Shown: piece by piece, positions 21,701-30,298 of the stretch
Layout: each line of letters opens with the position of its first letter
How positions within the stretch are numbered: the stretch's first letter is position 1
DNA from: Candidatus Obscuribacteraceae bacterium
Lineage (GTDB): Bacteria; Cyanobacteriota; Vampirovibrionia; Obscuribacterales; Obscuribacteraceae
DNA length: 64,000 bases
Direction of reading: 5' to 3'
Assembly (NCBI GenBank): GCA_044226015.1
Contig: JBGAHS010000003.1
Span: 352,001 to 416,000 of the forward strand
Program-made: the position numbers and the translations under genes
Notes under the pieces: model-generated
What the model was told of the DNA's origin: nothing
The model's input: only the letters and a program-made list of their open reading frames with translations
Database searches by the model: none

Positions 21701-23222
21701 CTGCGAACGCCGTTATCTAACCGGGCTGGAGCTGGCACTTGGTTTTGCTATAGCATCCGCAGGAATTGCAAAAAACAGGAGACAAGAGCAACTCGGCGAA
21801 CTAAGCCAAGAAGAAATCACACAAACAGGTTTAGCTTCAACACATTCGAGCCAATACAAACGTTCTACCTACCTCGTAAAGCATGACGATTCTCTCACAG
21901 AAATCGCAGAGAAATTATTCTCTGACACAAGCATCGCTGCGTTGATTGCGGACATCAATGCTGGCAACATAGAAGAACATCTAGAGGGCGACAAACGAAT
22001 TGTCGTTTTGAACAGTCGTCAGCTTTTGGAATTACCGTGGGCATCAGAAGTAGAGTCATTCTCGAGATCAAAAAATGCCGACAGAAGCAAACAAGAGATA
22101 ATCACGATTGTAAAAATGACCGAAGTCGATCGCGAGCTTCTCGCCTCATTCAATGAGGTTCTCACACCAACTGTTTTTGGGCTCGAACTCAGCCTTAGCA
22201 GCTACATCGGAAAGGTCGACATTGTTGCCCCGCACACGCCTGCAAATTCTTTCGAGCCGAGCCAAACAGCAATCGAAACCACAGCTCACGACCTGAAGTC
22301 TCCACTCATGTCAGCACAAGTGTCGATTGATCTTCTCGAAGAATATCATGTGGACCTCTCAGACGAAGCTTTTGAAGCCATGCAAACCGTAAGAGATGAC
22401 ATGGACCATACAATAGAATGTGCGTATCAACTACTAAAGTGCACCAAAGACTTGACGAAACTGCGTCTAGACTCTGATGCAGGAGAGCAGGACAAACACT
22501 TACTGCAAGAGCTATCGGCTCAAGCTGAAGAATTGAGCATACCACTGCAGCGGTCACTAGAATCTCTGGAGCGCTTCGAAAACCTGGAGAATGAGCGACT
22601 CAGCAACAAAGCACGAGAGCAACTACTCAGAGCAAGAAGTGGTATCAACAAAGTTATTGAGCTCATTGACGAGCAGTTTGTAGTAGCTAATCCAACCTGT
22701 TCAGCCAGAAGAGAAAAGACAGAGAGCTGCTCACTCCTCAGGATTGTCGACAGTGCTGTTATTACACTGTCTGCCCTTGCAGAGAAAAAACGCATAAACC
22801 TAATCAACGAGTGCAGCGCAGCATCTGTTGCCGCCGACGAACAAAAGATCAGTCAAGTTGTGATGAACCTGTTATCTAACGCAATTAAGTTTGCGCCAGA
22901 AAACTCAAGCGTAAGAATCACAAGCCATATTCTCAAAGACACAGTAAAGCTGTCAGTAATCGATCAAGGACCTGGATTACAAAAAAAAGAAGCTAGTAAT
23001 CTCTTTCAAAAGTACAGCCAACTGAGTAATAAGGGTAGCAATGGTCATGGGCTCGGGCTCTCGCTCTGCAAATCAATCGTTCATGTATATGGTGGCGAAA
23101 TCGGAGTCTCTAGCCGTCCAGGAAGAGGCAGCACATTCTGGTTAGAAATTCCAAAACAACAGCTCGCAACGCCAGCACCCAAAACTGCCTTTCAGGCAAT
23201 CGCCCGCGCATTGTCGCTATAA
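18708..23222 (+). CDS. Large histidine kinase: 9 N-terminal ~54-aa repeats, LysM-like domain, HisKA and HATPase_c
   Basis: AHDLKSPL H-box, NLLSNAIKF N-box, DQGPG G1, GHGLGL G2; LysM-like YLVKHDDSLTEIAEKLF. Confidence 0.88.
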   Translation: MKKMTESQALTEGDKKSPECSLSSQNPLQEQIYHERTSPVHGESSDGAGTQSSTETKTDSSSTQQCSGKTETIVWESPKSPEPDAGLNKASKQSVSAREFIASQLADKDKPKPAASVAPRVDAAGIRWEEPKTPEADPGLASAIKKSETAHNFIASQLALKEDAVGQNRIIAAKFEPASEIKWQEPKTPEPDAGLAKAIQDGESAHKFVVQQLTLSDDSTSQTQPQAKKEDSSGITWQEPKAPEPDPGLAKAIQDSESAHKFVVQQLTLSDDSTSQTQPQAKKQDSSGITWQEPKAPEPDPGLARAMQNGASAHNFVVAQLAITDDSNSQTQPKAKKQDSSGITWQEPKAPEPDPGLARAMQQGETAHKFVVAQLAITDDSNSQTQPKAKKQDSSGITWQEPKAPEPDPGLARAMQQGETAHKFVVAQLAATEPNPTPPEASKRNDTGIKWDAPKTPEPDPGLARAMQQGETAHKFVVQQLTSTEDSNSSANRVGKKDENTGIKWTEPKAPEPDPGLAKAAQQADTAHKFVIQQLGLSDNSAKETPAQSPARTVEPVKVDSTTPAAPLSINTLARTSTTFQQEPKLELGKNNSPPQKFRETEAVTEKTKPVSEPNLNSQYFKLPTASFNSSSEKYSPKPDESGKKSQETKTQPAQINTEKQDAKATASVTGTAEKREFRTASAQELVEKVAVVNAAQSTAALRNEALNANNTRVSSLQLMRTSIELPNDSSKPTVGGTIAGTFKSAQESIYAYKSPTEIRANASEQDFKSISRSTQIIGKESIAAFSPVTSSFFPIAKISQAPSAILNSETNFSSAKRELNAILIAKPELANLQSLSTISNFASSARTFEGSVAGRIFETTIQNTTNRSGTLPEQKISSKAIFGSSPSASESRSFSTNFALPLTRFSTIGIAIANTHVSPRAPQAIVPFDAKAQSNLSHMISTHTFSDNKISPWSASMHWTGKPNLKQDGPLGLYPIGINGKNETKSEVLEPLKMRFVCERRYLTGLELALGFAIASAGIAKNRRQEQLGELSQEEITQTGLASTHSSQYKRSTYLVKHDDSLTEIAEKLFSDTSIAALIADINAGNIEEHLEGDKRIVVLNSRQLLELPWASEVESFSRSKNADRSKQEIITIVKMTEVDRELLASFNEVLTPTVFGLELSLSSYIGKVDIVAPHTPANSFEPSQTAIETTAHDLKSPLMSAQVSIDLLEEYHVDLSDEAFEAMQTVRDDMDHTIECAYQLLKCTKDLTKLRLDSDAGEQDKHLLQELSAQAEELSIPLQRSLESLERFENLENERLSNKAREQLLRARSGINKVIELIDEQFVVANPTCSARREKTESCSLLRIVDSAVITLSALAEKKRINLINECSAASVAADEQKISQVVMNLLSNAIKFAPENSSVRITSHILKDTVKLSVIDQGPGLQKKEASNLFQKYSQLSNKGSNGHGLGLSLCKSIVHVYGGEIGVSSRPGRGSTFWLEIPKQQLATPAPKTAFQAIARALSL
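18921..20315 (+). repeat. Nine repeats (core period 162 bp/54 aa) of GI.W.EPK.PEPDPGLA.A.Q..E.AH.FVV.QL
   Basis: Trp codons at 18930, 19089, 19254, 19416, 19578, 19740, 19902, 20058, 20220. Confidence 0.95.
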
Positions 23223-23383
23223 CCCTTTCATTTCTGACCGGTTTGGCTATTTAACCGACTCAACTCGTTCTCAATGGTCTCAAAAGAATTCTCGTCCATC
23301 TCTTTATCCTGAAAGGGTCTTCCTGTATATTCCCGCTTTGATCAATATTCCGACAGCCTGAGCCCTTCTCAGGAATTCAGATT

Positions 23384-23401
23384 AACTGTTCAATTGTTCA
23401 G
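23384..23401 (+). promoter_or_regulatory. Candidate operator AACTGTTCAATTGTTCAG upstream of response regulator
   Basis: TGTTCA direct repeat with 8-bp period; matches 18578-18595. Confidence 0.45.
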
Positions 23402-23580
23402 TCAAACCAGCGGTGTTTATACATATGGCAATGGCAATACTGACGCTATTGTTGGAGCATGAGATGAATTGCTGGTTATGATTCATCAAAACAGAAATCT
23501 TGCAGCTGGGCTTGATTGCTGTACACGGGTGGGATTAGAGAGTCGTCAAAAACTCCAGGCTGCTATCGAGGTGATCGGGC

Positions 23581-24396
23581 ATGTTCAATACTTTGAGTTT
23601 CAGTAAGACTCCTGTAGCAGAAAGCATAGCTACTGGTGTCAAACAGCAAAGAGACAAAACAGTAATCATAATCGCTGAAGATTTAACTGGGATGCGCAAC
23701 TATGCTTCTGAGCTCATGCGCAAAATATTCCCGGACAATTGTGAAATTCATGAGGCTGTTAACGGTCAAGACTGTGTACGGTTGGCGCTGGAACACGCTC
23801 CCGATATGATTGTGATGGACATTGCCATGCCACTTACTAATGGTATTAAGGCAGCACAACAAATATGGAGCCGAATGCCTTCAACAAAAATTCTTTTCTG
23901 GTCGCAATATCATCGTGAAATCTATGTTCGCGACCTTGCAAGAATTCTTCCAGATGAAGCCATTCATGGATATATTCTCAAAAGTGAAAGCGATGAGAAA
24001 TTCGAATACGCCGTAACTTGCATCATGAAGCACAATAATCCGTACATCGACCCGGTTGTGCGAAACATCAAGAGCCGCCTAACCAAAAAAGACGAGTCTC
24101 TATCCGACATCGAATATGAAACACTGGTAGACATCTGCCTTGGCTTGACAGACAAAGCAATTGCTCGACGAAGACATGTGTCGGTGCGCGGAGTTCAAAA
24201 CCGCGTGTCAATTCTGGAAGCCAAACTACTTAAAGGACAGAATGTGATCGCTCGCGAAAACTCCGGTCTTGAAGTATACAACACCAGAGCGAGAGCCATT
24301 TTCGAAGCAATGCGCAGAGGTCTCATCGACCACGATATGCTCGAAGAAATGGATCAAGAAATGCGCGAATGGATGGCTGCAGATCTCGAAGAGTAA
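23581..24396 (+). CDS. NarL/LuxR-family response regulator
   Basis: IAED, VMDIAMP, GYILK receiver motifs; GLTDKAIARRRHVSVRGVQN HTH. Confidence 0.92.
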   Translation: MFNTLSFSKTPVAESIATGVKQQRDKTVIIIAEDLTGMRNYASELMRKIFPDNCEIHEAVNGQDCVRLALEHAPDMIVMDIAMPLTNGIKAAQQIWSRMPSTKILFWSQYHREIYVRDLARILPDEAIHGYILKSESDEKFEYAVTCIMKHNNPYIDPVVRNIKSRLTKKDESLSDIEYETLVDICLGLTDKAIARRRHVSVRGVQNRVSILEAKLLKGQNVIARENSGLEVYNTRARAIFEAMRRGLIDHDMLEEMDQEMREWMAADLEE

Positions 24397-24427
24397 TCGC
24401 AAATCAAAATCTTATTGGACTGGTAAG

Positions 24428-24458
24428 GAAACCGCCTTCGGGCGGTTTCTCTTTTTTT
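24428..24458 (+). terminator. Rho-independent terminator
   Basis: GAAACCGCC-TTCG-GGCGGTTTC followed by TCTTTTTTT. Confidence 0.92.
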
Positions 24459-24546
24459 GGTATGTAATTCGCAAACGCCTGCAAGAGCAAATAAAGGCTC
24501 GTAATCGAATTGAGCCATTCAAATCGACTGATGTTTCTGAATTACA

Positions 24547-25143
24547 TTAAGGAACGTAGATGTGATTAAAGCTGCTGGGAGGGTTTTGCTCAAGTTCACG
24601 CATTCGGTTCATCATGCCAGACTCAGCTGGCATCATTTGCCTTGCAGCAGACATGCGATTCATAAGCCCTGAATATTGCTGAATTCGGTTGTATCTCGCA
24701 GACAAACTCTCATCATCATATGAATTAACTGGCATTCCATATCGCCCTGTAGTAACACCATATCTGGTGCTCTCATTCATCTCCTCGGTTCCACCATAAC
24801 GTGGATTATTTTCGCCATATCTTCTGCTGTACTCGCCATAGCGACCAGTATCGCCATAACTGCCATAGTTCCAGCCGCCACCAGCGCTGCCGACACCCTT
24901 GAAGCCGCCGCCCATTCCGCCGACGCCTTTCATGCCGCCACCCATGCCACCAATGCCTTTCATGCCACCGCCCATGCCACCAATGCCCTTCATGCCGCCC
25001 CCCATTCCGCCAATGCCTTTCATGCCGCCACCCATTCCGGCAAAACGCTCGCCACCGTCACCTCGAGCCAGGCTAAACGAAGCGTTTCCAAAGGACAAAG
25101 ACAGGCATACCAGAATAGGAATTAAAACTTTGCCGGACATCAC
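24547..25143 (-). CDS. Secreted Gly/Met-rich low-complexity protein
   Basis: Signal peptide; GGMGGGMKG(I/V) repeats followed by RYG repeats. Confidence 0.65.
   Translation of the reverse strand: MMSGKVLIPILVCLSLSFGNASFSLARGDGGERFAGMGGGMKGIGGMGGGMKGIGGMGGGMKGIGGMGGGMKGVGGMGGGFKGVGSAGGGWNYGSYGDTGRYGEYSRRYGENNPRYGGTEEMNESTRYGVTTGRYGMPVNSYDDESLSARYNRIQQYSGLMNRMSAARQMMPAESGMMNRMRELEQNPPSSFNHIYVP
24893..25040. repeat. 30-bp tandem repeat (~5 copies) encoding GGMGGGMKGI
   Basis: Repeated CCCAT(G/T)CC.CCAATGCC(T/C)TTCATGCC.CC units. Confidence 0.88.
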
Positions 25144-25254
25144 ACAACCTGCGAATGGTCAACTCGTAGGCTATATGCCCCAGACTTGCCCGCTCAAATC
25201 GAGCTAGCGGCGGCGCCACTTTCCAAACAGTTAGATTAGCACAATGATGGTCCT

Positions 25255-26472
25255 TTACTCGACCGAATCACCCGTAAATGGTGCTTCCTGCCGTCTTTCT
25301 TTGCGACGACGGCGACTGCCACTTGATGCTGGAGCCTCGACTTCAGTCTTCTCGGAAGCCCTGGACTCTTGCACCGGAAACAGCAACAATTGCGCACCAA
25401 TTTCGGCTAAAGCCTGCTTATCTTCATTATTAAGTGGAGTGACGTTCACCGGGTCGTGAAACACCACGAGGCGAGACCCCTCTTCGTCAATCTCTTCAGT
25501 GTTAACTAATTCAATACTCTGGGAGGCAAACAGCTCCATTAGAGGTGACACAGCGCGGGGTTCATCTCCTGCACTGGAAATCGTGGATTTCGATGTCGCA
25601 GCTCTGTCAAAAGAAATTGAAATCACATTGTCGACGACATCAGCAGGGTCAGGCAACTCAATTGCGTCGCTATCCACATGACTGTCTGTTGTACTAAATT
25701 GCAAGACTTTAACTTCAGCAAGCGGCTCTTCTTGCGCCGCAGCTAGCTCGGACGCTACGTCTTGCTTCTCCGCGACTTGCTTCTCAACAGCAGGCTCTAA
25801 CACTGTCTTCAAAAAAGAACCGGTGCGTCGGAGAGCATTATGCAGTTCTTCGACATCATAAGCGCTTGCCTTGGCATCATCAAGAAAGAACGCAAGTGCC
25901 TTTTCCAGACTGACTTCATCGCGACGGAGAAGATATTGGCACTTATCATTCAACCAGAAAAATTTTCCTTGCAGTGGAAACGGAATAGGCGAGTCGGAAG
26001 GCAAAATCTCGATGGTGTCAGGACCGACAACCAAGCCTTGCAAAATGCACCAATAGCGCAATTGATTTAGTAACTCAGATGAGCGACCAGGCGATTTCAA
26101 ATAGATGAACAAATACCAATCGTCTTCCATCTGATAGTGACGAGGGGTCACGCCGATGCGCTTCAAAGCGAGCCTGATATCCTGAATTGTAGCGACATCA
26201 TGATAGCGACTCGTAGCTGGGATGCGAAACCCAACAAACATCGTGCTGCCATCACATCTAAAAGCACGATGTGTCTTTGCAGCAGCCTGAAGACTGTCTA
26301 GAATTTCCTGATCACTGAGAGAATGAAAGCGACTCAGGTCAAGCCACTTCTGACTGCCTGACCTTCTCATAGCGCTTCCATAGCGATAGGGAAATAGCGA
26401 CATAAACGGTTTGAACAAGCTTGCAATGCTCTCTGAGCCTGTAAGCCCCTCAAGTCCGTCCCAGAAACACAC
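25255..26472 (-). CDS. Degenerate AEP primase-polymerase-like protein with acidic C-terminal tail
   Basis: LFPYRY..W..LSDQEI..S.YH..I..AL..IG..EILP..FPLQ spacing recalls cyanobacterial AEP-type Rep proteins, but DxD and SxGxH are absent. Confidence 0.5.
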   Translation of the reverse strand: MCFWDGLEGLTGSESIASLFKPFMSLFPYRYGSAMRRSGSQKWLDLSRFHSLSDQEILDSLQAAAKTHRAFRCDGSTMFVGFRIPATSRYHDVATIQDIRLALKRIGVTPRHYQMEDDWYLFIYLKSPGRSSELLNQLRYWCILQGLVVGPDTIEILPSDSPIPFPLQGKFFWLNDKCQYLLRRDEVSLEKALAFFLDDAKASAYDVEELHNALRRTGSFLKTVLEPAVEKQVAEKQDVASELAAAQEEPLAEVKVLQFSTTDSHVDSDAIELPDPADVVDNVISISFDRAATSKSTISSAGDEPRAVSPLMELFASQSIELVNTEEIDEEGSRLVVFHDPVNVTPLNNEDKQALAEIGAQLLLFPVQESRASEKTEVEAPASSGSRRRRKERRQEAPFTGDSVE

Positions 26473-26755
26473 ATTCGTGTTGATAGAAGTTAAGTCTTTA
26501 ATTGCCCCATCCTCACTCTAAGGTCGACGCCACCACATGTGGTGACATAATTGGACCCACATACTAGAGACATCCTAATCCTTGATAGCCAATTCTTCAA
26601 GCGATTATGGCTACAGGGGCTGTACGCACTGCTGCCTGCGAGGATGCTCTGGCGGCACGACGCATATACAACGAGAGCACACAAAGCACCCCACACTATA
26701 GCCATAGCCCATACTACGTAAGATTTTCCCAAGGATTAATGTCTGGAAAAACGGC

Positions 26756-27943
26756 TTATCCATCAGCCATACAGGCTATATTTCCAAGAGCAGCAAGCAA
26801 AGTCTCGACCTCGTCAAGCCTGTTGTAGTACCCAAAACTTGCTCGAACAAGTCCACCTTCTAGTGTTCCCAGGGTTCGATGGGCTGTTGCTGCGCAATGC
26901 AAACCAGATCGAACATATATCTCGTAATCACGATCAAGCTTCTCTGCTACGAAAGAGGAATCGAGCCCTTTAATTCGAAAGGAAACCGTTGAAGTACGCA
27001 ACGCTGAATCAGGGGCAAAAATTTCAATGCGATTATCAGCTCTAAGCAAGGAGAGAAAACGGCTGCATAACTCTAGTTCGTGCGCTTTCACTTTTTCTGC
27101 GTCATTCTTCAAAAATTCAATACCTGCACCAAGCGCCGCTATCGCAGGACCAGCCATGGTACCAGCTTCGAGCCTATCGGGGTACGCCTCAGGCATGTAC
27201 AAATCTTCAGACTTAGAGCCTGTGCCACCATGCAAAAACGCAGGCAGTTCAAGTCCTTCAGAGAAATATAAAAGACCTAACCCTTGCGCCCCAAACAATC
27301 CCTTGTGAGCAGAACTCGCCCAATAAAACTCGCATTGAACGCTATCAAGACGAGCCTGAAATGCACCGGCTGATTGTGCAGCATCAACGAGCAAAGGCAC
27401 ATTCTCGCGCTGCAGCAGCTTGCTCAACTCTGGCAGGTCGAGCATCTCACCTGTTACATTGCTTGCTTCCATGAAACAGCACAAGCGTGGGCGCTTCTCT
27501 GCGATAAGCCTCTCCAGAATTTGCAAATCAATAATTCGCCCTTTTCTATAGGGCACTGCCACAATTTGAATCTTTCTCTTGCTTTCAAGAAACTTTAACG
27601 GACGCATTACCGCATTGTGTTCCAGCGAACTCACCAGAACCACGTCAGCAGGCTCGAAGGGATAGTTCAACAAAACCATGTTGATACTTTGAGTGCACCC
27701 TGGTGTGAAGATAATTCTCTGGGGGTCGTCTGCACCGAGAAACTCGGCAGCAGCAATTCGCGTTTCAAAAACAACTCTGCTTGCATTCATCGCAAGAGCG
27801 TGCGCCGACCTTCCCGGACTGCCACCCAAGCGAAAAAATTCATCAGATGCCCTGTAGACAGCCTCTGGCTTTGGATGGGTCGTCGCAGCGTTGTCAAAGT
27901 AAATCAGACTTTTGTCTCCTAGATGAAATGTTTGGAAATGCAA
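26756..27943 (-). CDS. Cysteine desulfurase family protein (class V PLP enzyme, TIGR01977-like)
   Basis: YFDNAATT.PKP, LVDAAQSAG, SAHKGLFG (PLP Lys), GGTGS, RSGLHCA (catalytic Cys). Confidence 0.92.
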   Translation of the reverse strand: MHFQTFHLGDKSLIYFDNAATTHPKPEAVYRASDEFFRLGGSPGRSAHALAMNASRVVFETRIAAAEFLGADDPQRIIFTPGCTQSINMVLLNYPFEPADVVLVSSLEHNAVMRPLKFLESKRKIQIVAVPYRKGRIIDLQILERLIAEKRPRLCCFMEASNVTGEMLDLPELSKLLQRENVPLLVDAAQSAGAFQARLDSVQCEFYWASSAHKGLFGAQGLGLLYFSEGLELPAFLHGGTGSKSEDLYMPEAYPDRLEAGTMAGPAIAALGAGIEFLKNDAEKVKAHELELCSRFLSLLRADNRIEIFAPDSALRTSTVSFRIKGLDSSFVAEKLDRDYEIYVRSGLHCAATAHRTLGTLEGGLVRASFGYYNRLDEVETLLAALGNIACMADG

Positions 27944-27968
27944 GCCGAGGCTATGCTAGCATTTTTCT

Positions 27969-30227
27969 TTGTGGCGCAGCGGCTCAGGTGTGAATATGCT
28001 TCGAAAAAATCCGAACAGTAGCGTTTCCAAAGCTTTCACCTCGTCCAAGAAATCGAAATGGGCTAGAGCCAACAGGAAGCAAATTCTACTTGCTTGCAGT
28101 GTGATTTTATCGGCTGCTTTTGCATCAGCTCAACTCAACGCAGCCCCAAAATTACCCGTCACTAATTCGGCAAATTATCAAACCGATGCATCGCTTGATG
28201 CAGCACTGAAAGGCTACGACTCGCTCTCTTTCGATGAAAAGAAAAAGCGCCTGAGTAATTTTCGCAACACCCATCAGAGCATGGACCGAGCCAGAGAGAA
28301 AAGCGCCTATGTGCTTGCCAGGCTATATCAGAAAGGAGGAACTGCAGACGAACTGAAACTTGCAGTGTCACTTTACGATGAAGCCGCCAATTACGAATTG
28401 CTAGCAGACAAAGCGAATTGGCATTACGTCGATTGCGCAAGAACAATGGGCAACGAAACAATATTACAAGACAAATTGTCCGCGATGCTAAAACACGCCA
28501 AAGATCCCGAACAAAAAGCACATATCGAGTACAATCTCGCGCAATCTGATTTACGGTTGAACAATTCGGAAGCCGCAATTGAAAAGTTCAAACACATCAT
28601 CAAAGATGCTCCTCAATCACAGTTTGCAATTGGGTCTAAATACTATCTGGGTCAAGCCGCAGCCGATGCAGGAGACAAAAAAGAAGCTCTCAAATATTGG
28701 CGTGACTATCTCAGCAAAGCGGTAGACGGACGCTTTGCGGTGGAAGTGGTAAAAAGCATGAGCAAGAATTTTGCTGATGATATTGAAGCCGCAGACCACA
28801 AGATTTTTGCAAAAGTATATTACCTACACGGACTTCTAACTGATGCAATTGGAGAATGGCGCATCATTGGCACCGATGAGGAATGGTACCGACAAGGCGT
28901 AAGCCTGATCAAAACCAACAAACGCTCAGAAGGCGAGGCAATTCTTCGCACAGGAATGCGCAAATACAGTTCTGACAAGAACATTCCAGATGCTGCCAAA
29001 TTGATGGCGCGAGTAGGAACACGCGCAGAAGCAATCGACATTTGGAAATTCGTCCTGGAAAATTGTCCTGATTATGGTGACTACGCACTCTTCAATTTAG
29101 CTAGCCGAGCCACTGATGATGAGGCACTCGCTTATTACGAAGAACTAATTCAAAAATATCCCAACTCAGAGTTTGCACCTGAAACAACATGGTGGATCGC
29201 CTGGAACAAAATCAAAACAGGGCAACTCAATGAAGCACTAAAAGAACTGAAAGAAGACGCAATAAAATTTGCGAGTGCACGCTCGGGTGCTCGTTACAGC
29301 TATTGGATCGGCAAAGTCGAGGAAAAACTAAATCACAAAGAAGCCGCGAAAATTGCGTATCAAAACACAGCTAGCAAGTTTGGCAGCAACTATTATGGCT
29401 ACAGAGCTAAAGCACGCCTGCAAGAATTAAACGGCGGCAATGATAGAGGTTGGGCAACCGACTGCAATAAACATCTTAACGAGTACACTAGAATTCTGAA
29501 GAATGGCGCGTGGATACACCCCGAGCCATCATCAGTGGTGTCATACGAGACGCTGTCCAGTTCTGTTAGCCCGCTTCTTGCATGTTTCACCGAGACGCAT
29601 CAATGGGATGAAGCCCTTGAACAGCTTCCTCGAGACCAATTCCACGAATTGAGGTCAATTTTCCTTGCCAAAGAAGGGCGCATGATGGAGTCGATTAACG
29701 TATTGGCAAAAGACCTCCATGGTTCCCCCAGCACCCAAGTTAAATGGAAACTCTCATATCCACTTCTTCACTCAAACACAATAAAAGCCGAGGCTAGCGC
29801 GAAACAGGTAGATCCGTTTCTCGCTCAGGGGCTGATAAGAGAGGAATCTCGCTACAACGTGCAAGCAGTTAGCAGTTCAAACGCTCTTGGACTCATGCAA
29901 CTTCTACCCGGCACAGCAATGGGCGTAGCAAAACGACTTGGCGTGCCAATAAAGTCAAAAGACGACATTCATAAACCAGAGAACAATTTGAAGTTTGGTA
30001 TCGATTATATTTCCTATGTGATGTCGCGCCATAAGGGCAACGCCATGCTCGCGGTTGCAAGTTATAACGGCGGACCAAATGCTGTTGCTGGGTGGACAAA
30101 GAAATATTCACTGGAAGATCCTGACGTATTTGTAGAGAACATTCCATTCAACGAAACTCGGGATTATGTCCGGAAAGTCTTTGGCAGCTATTGGAATTAC
30201 GTCAACATTTACGCCACTTTGAGATAA
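27969..30227 (+). CDS. slt: Soluble lytic murein transglycosylase with TPR superhelix
   Basis: IREESRY (catalytic Glu), GLMQL, ASYNGG, ENIPFNETRDYV; alternative ATG start at 27996. Confidence 0.92.
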   Translation: MWRSGSGVNMLRKNPNSSVSKAFTSSKKSKWARANRKQILLACSVILSAAFASAQLNAAPKLPVTNSANYQTDASLDAALKGYDSLSFDEKKKRLSNFRNTHQSMDRAREKSAYVLARLYQKGGTADELKLAVSLYDEAANYELLADKANWHYVDCARTMGNETILQDKLSAMLKHAKDPEQKAHIEYNLAQSDLRLNNSEAAIEKFKHIIKDAPQSQFAIGSKYYLGQAAADAGDKKEALKYWRDYLSKAVDGRFAVEVVKSMSKNFADDIEAADHKIFAKVYYLHGLLTDAIGEWRIIGTDEEWYRQGVSLIKTNKRSEGEAILRTGMRKYSSDKNIPDAAKLMARVGTRAEAIDIWKFVLENCPDYGDYALFNLASRATDDEALAYYEELIQKYPNSEFAPETTWWIAWNKIKTGQLNEALKELKEDAIKFASARSGARYSYWIGKVEEKLNHKEAAKIAYQNTASKFGSNYYGYRAKARLQELNGGNDRGWATDCNKHLNEYTRILKNGAWIHPEPSSVVSYETLSSSVSPLLACFTETHQWDEALEQLPRDQFHELRSIFLAKEGRMMESINVLAKDLHGSPSTQVKWKLSYPLLHSNTIKAEASAKQVDPFLAQGLIREESRYNVQAVSSSNALGLMQLLPGTAMGVAKRLGVPIKSKDDIHKPENNLKFGIDYISYVMSRHKGNAMLAVASYNGGPNAVAGWTKKYSLEDPDVFVENIPFNETRDYVRKVFGSYWNYVNIYATLR

Positions 30228-30298
30228 GTGCGCGTCGGGGTTAGGGCGCCACGGCGCCGGGCATATCCTGATCGGCATAGCCGTCACCCTCCCCATCC

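Noticed and set aside
26490..26732. 80-aa ORF between desulfurase and primase-like gene
   Set aside because: Weak start, no motif; probably the promoter region of the downstream gene
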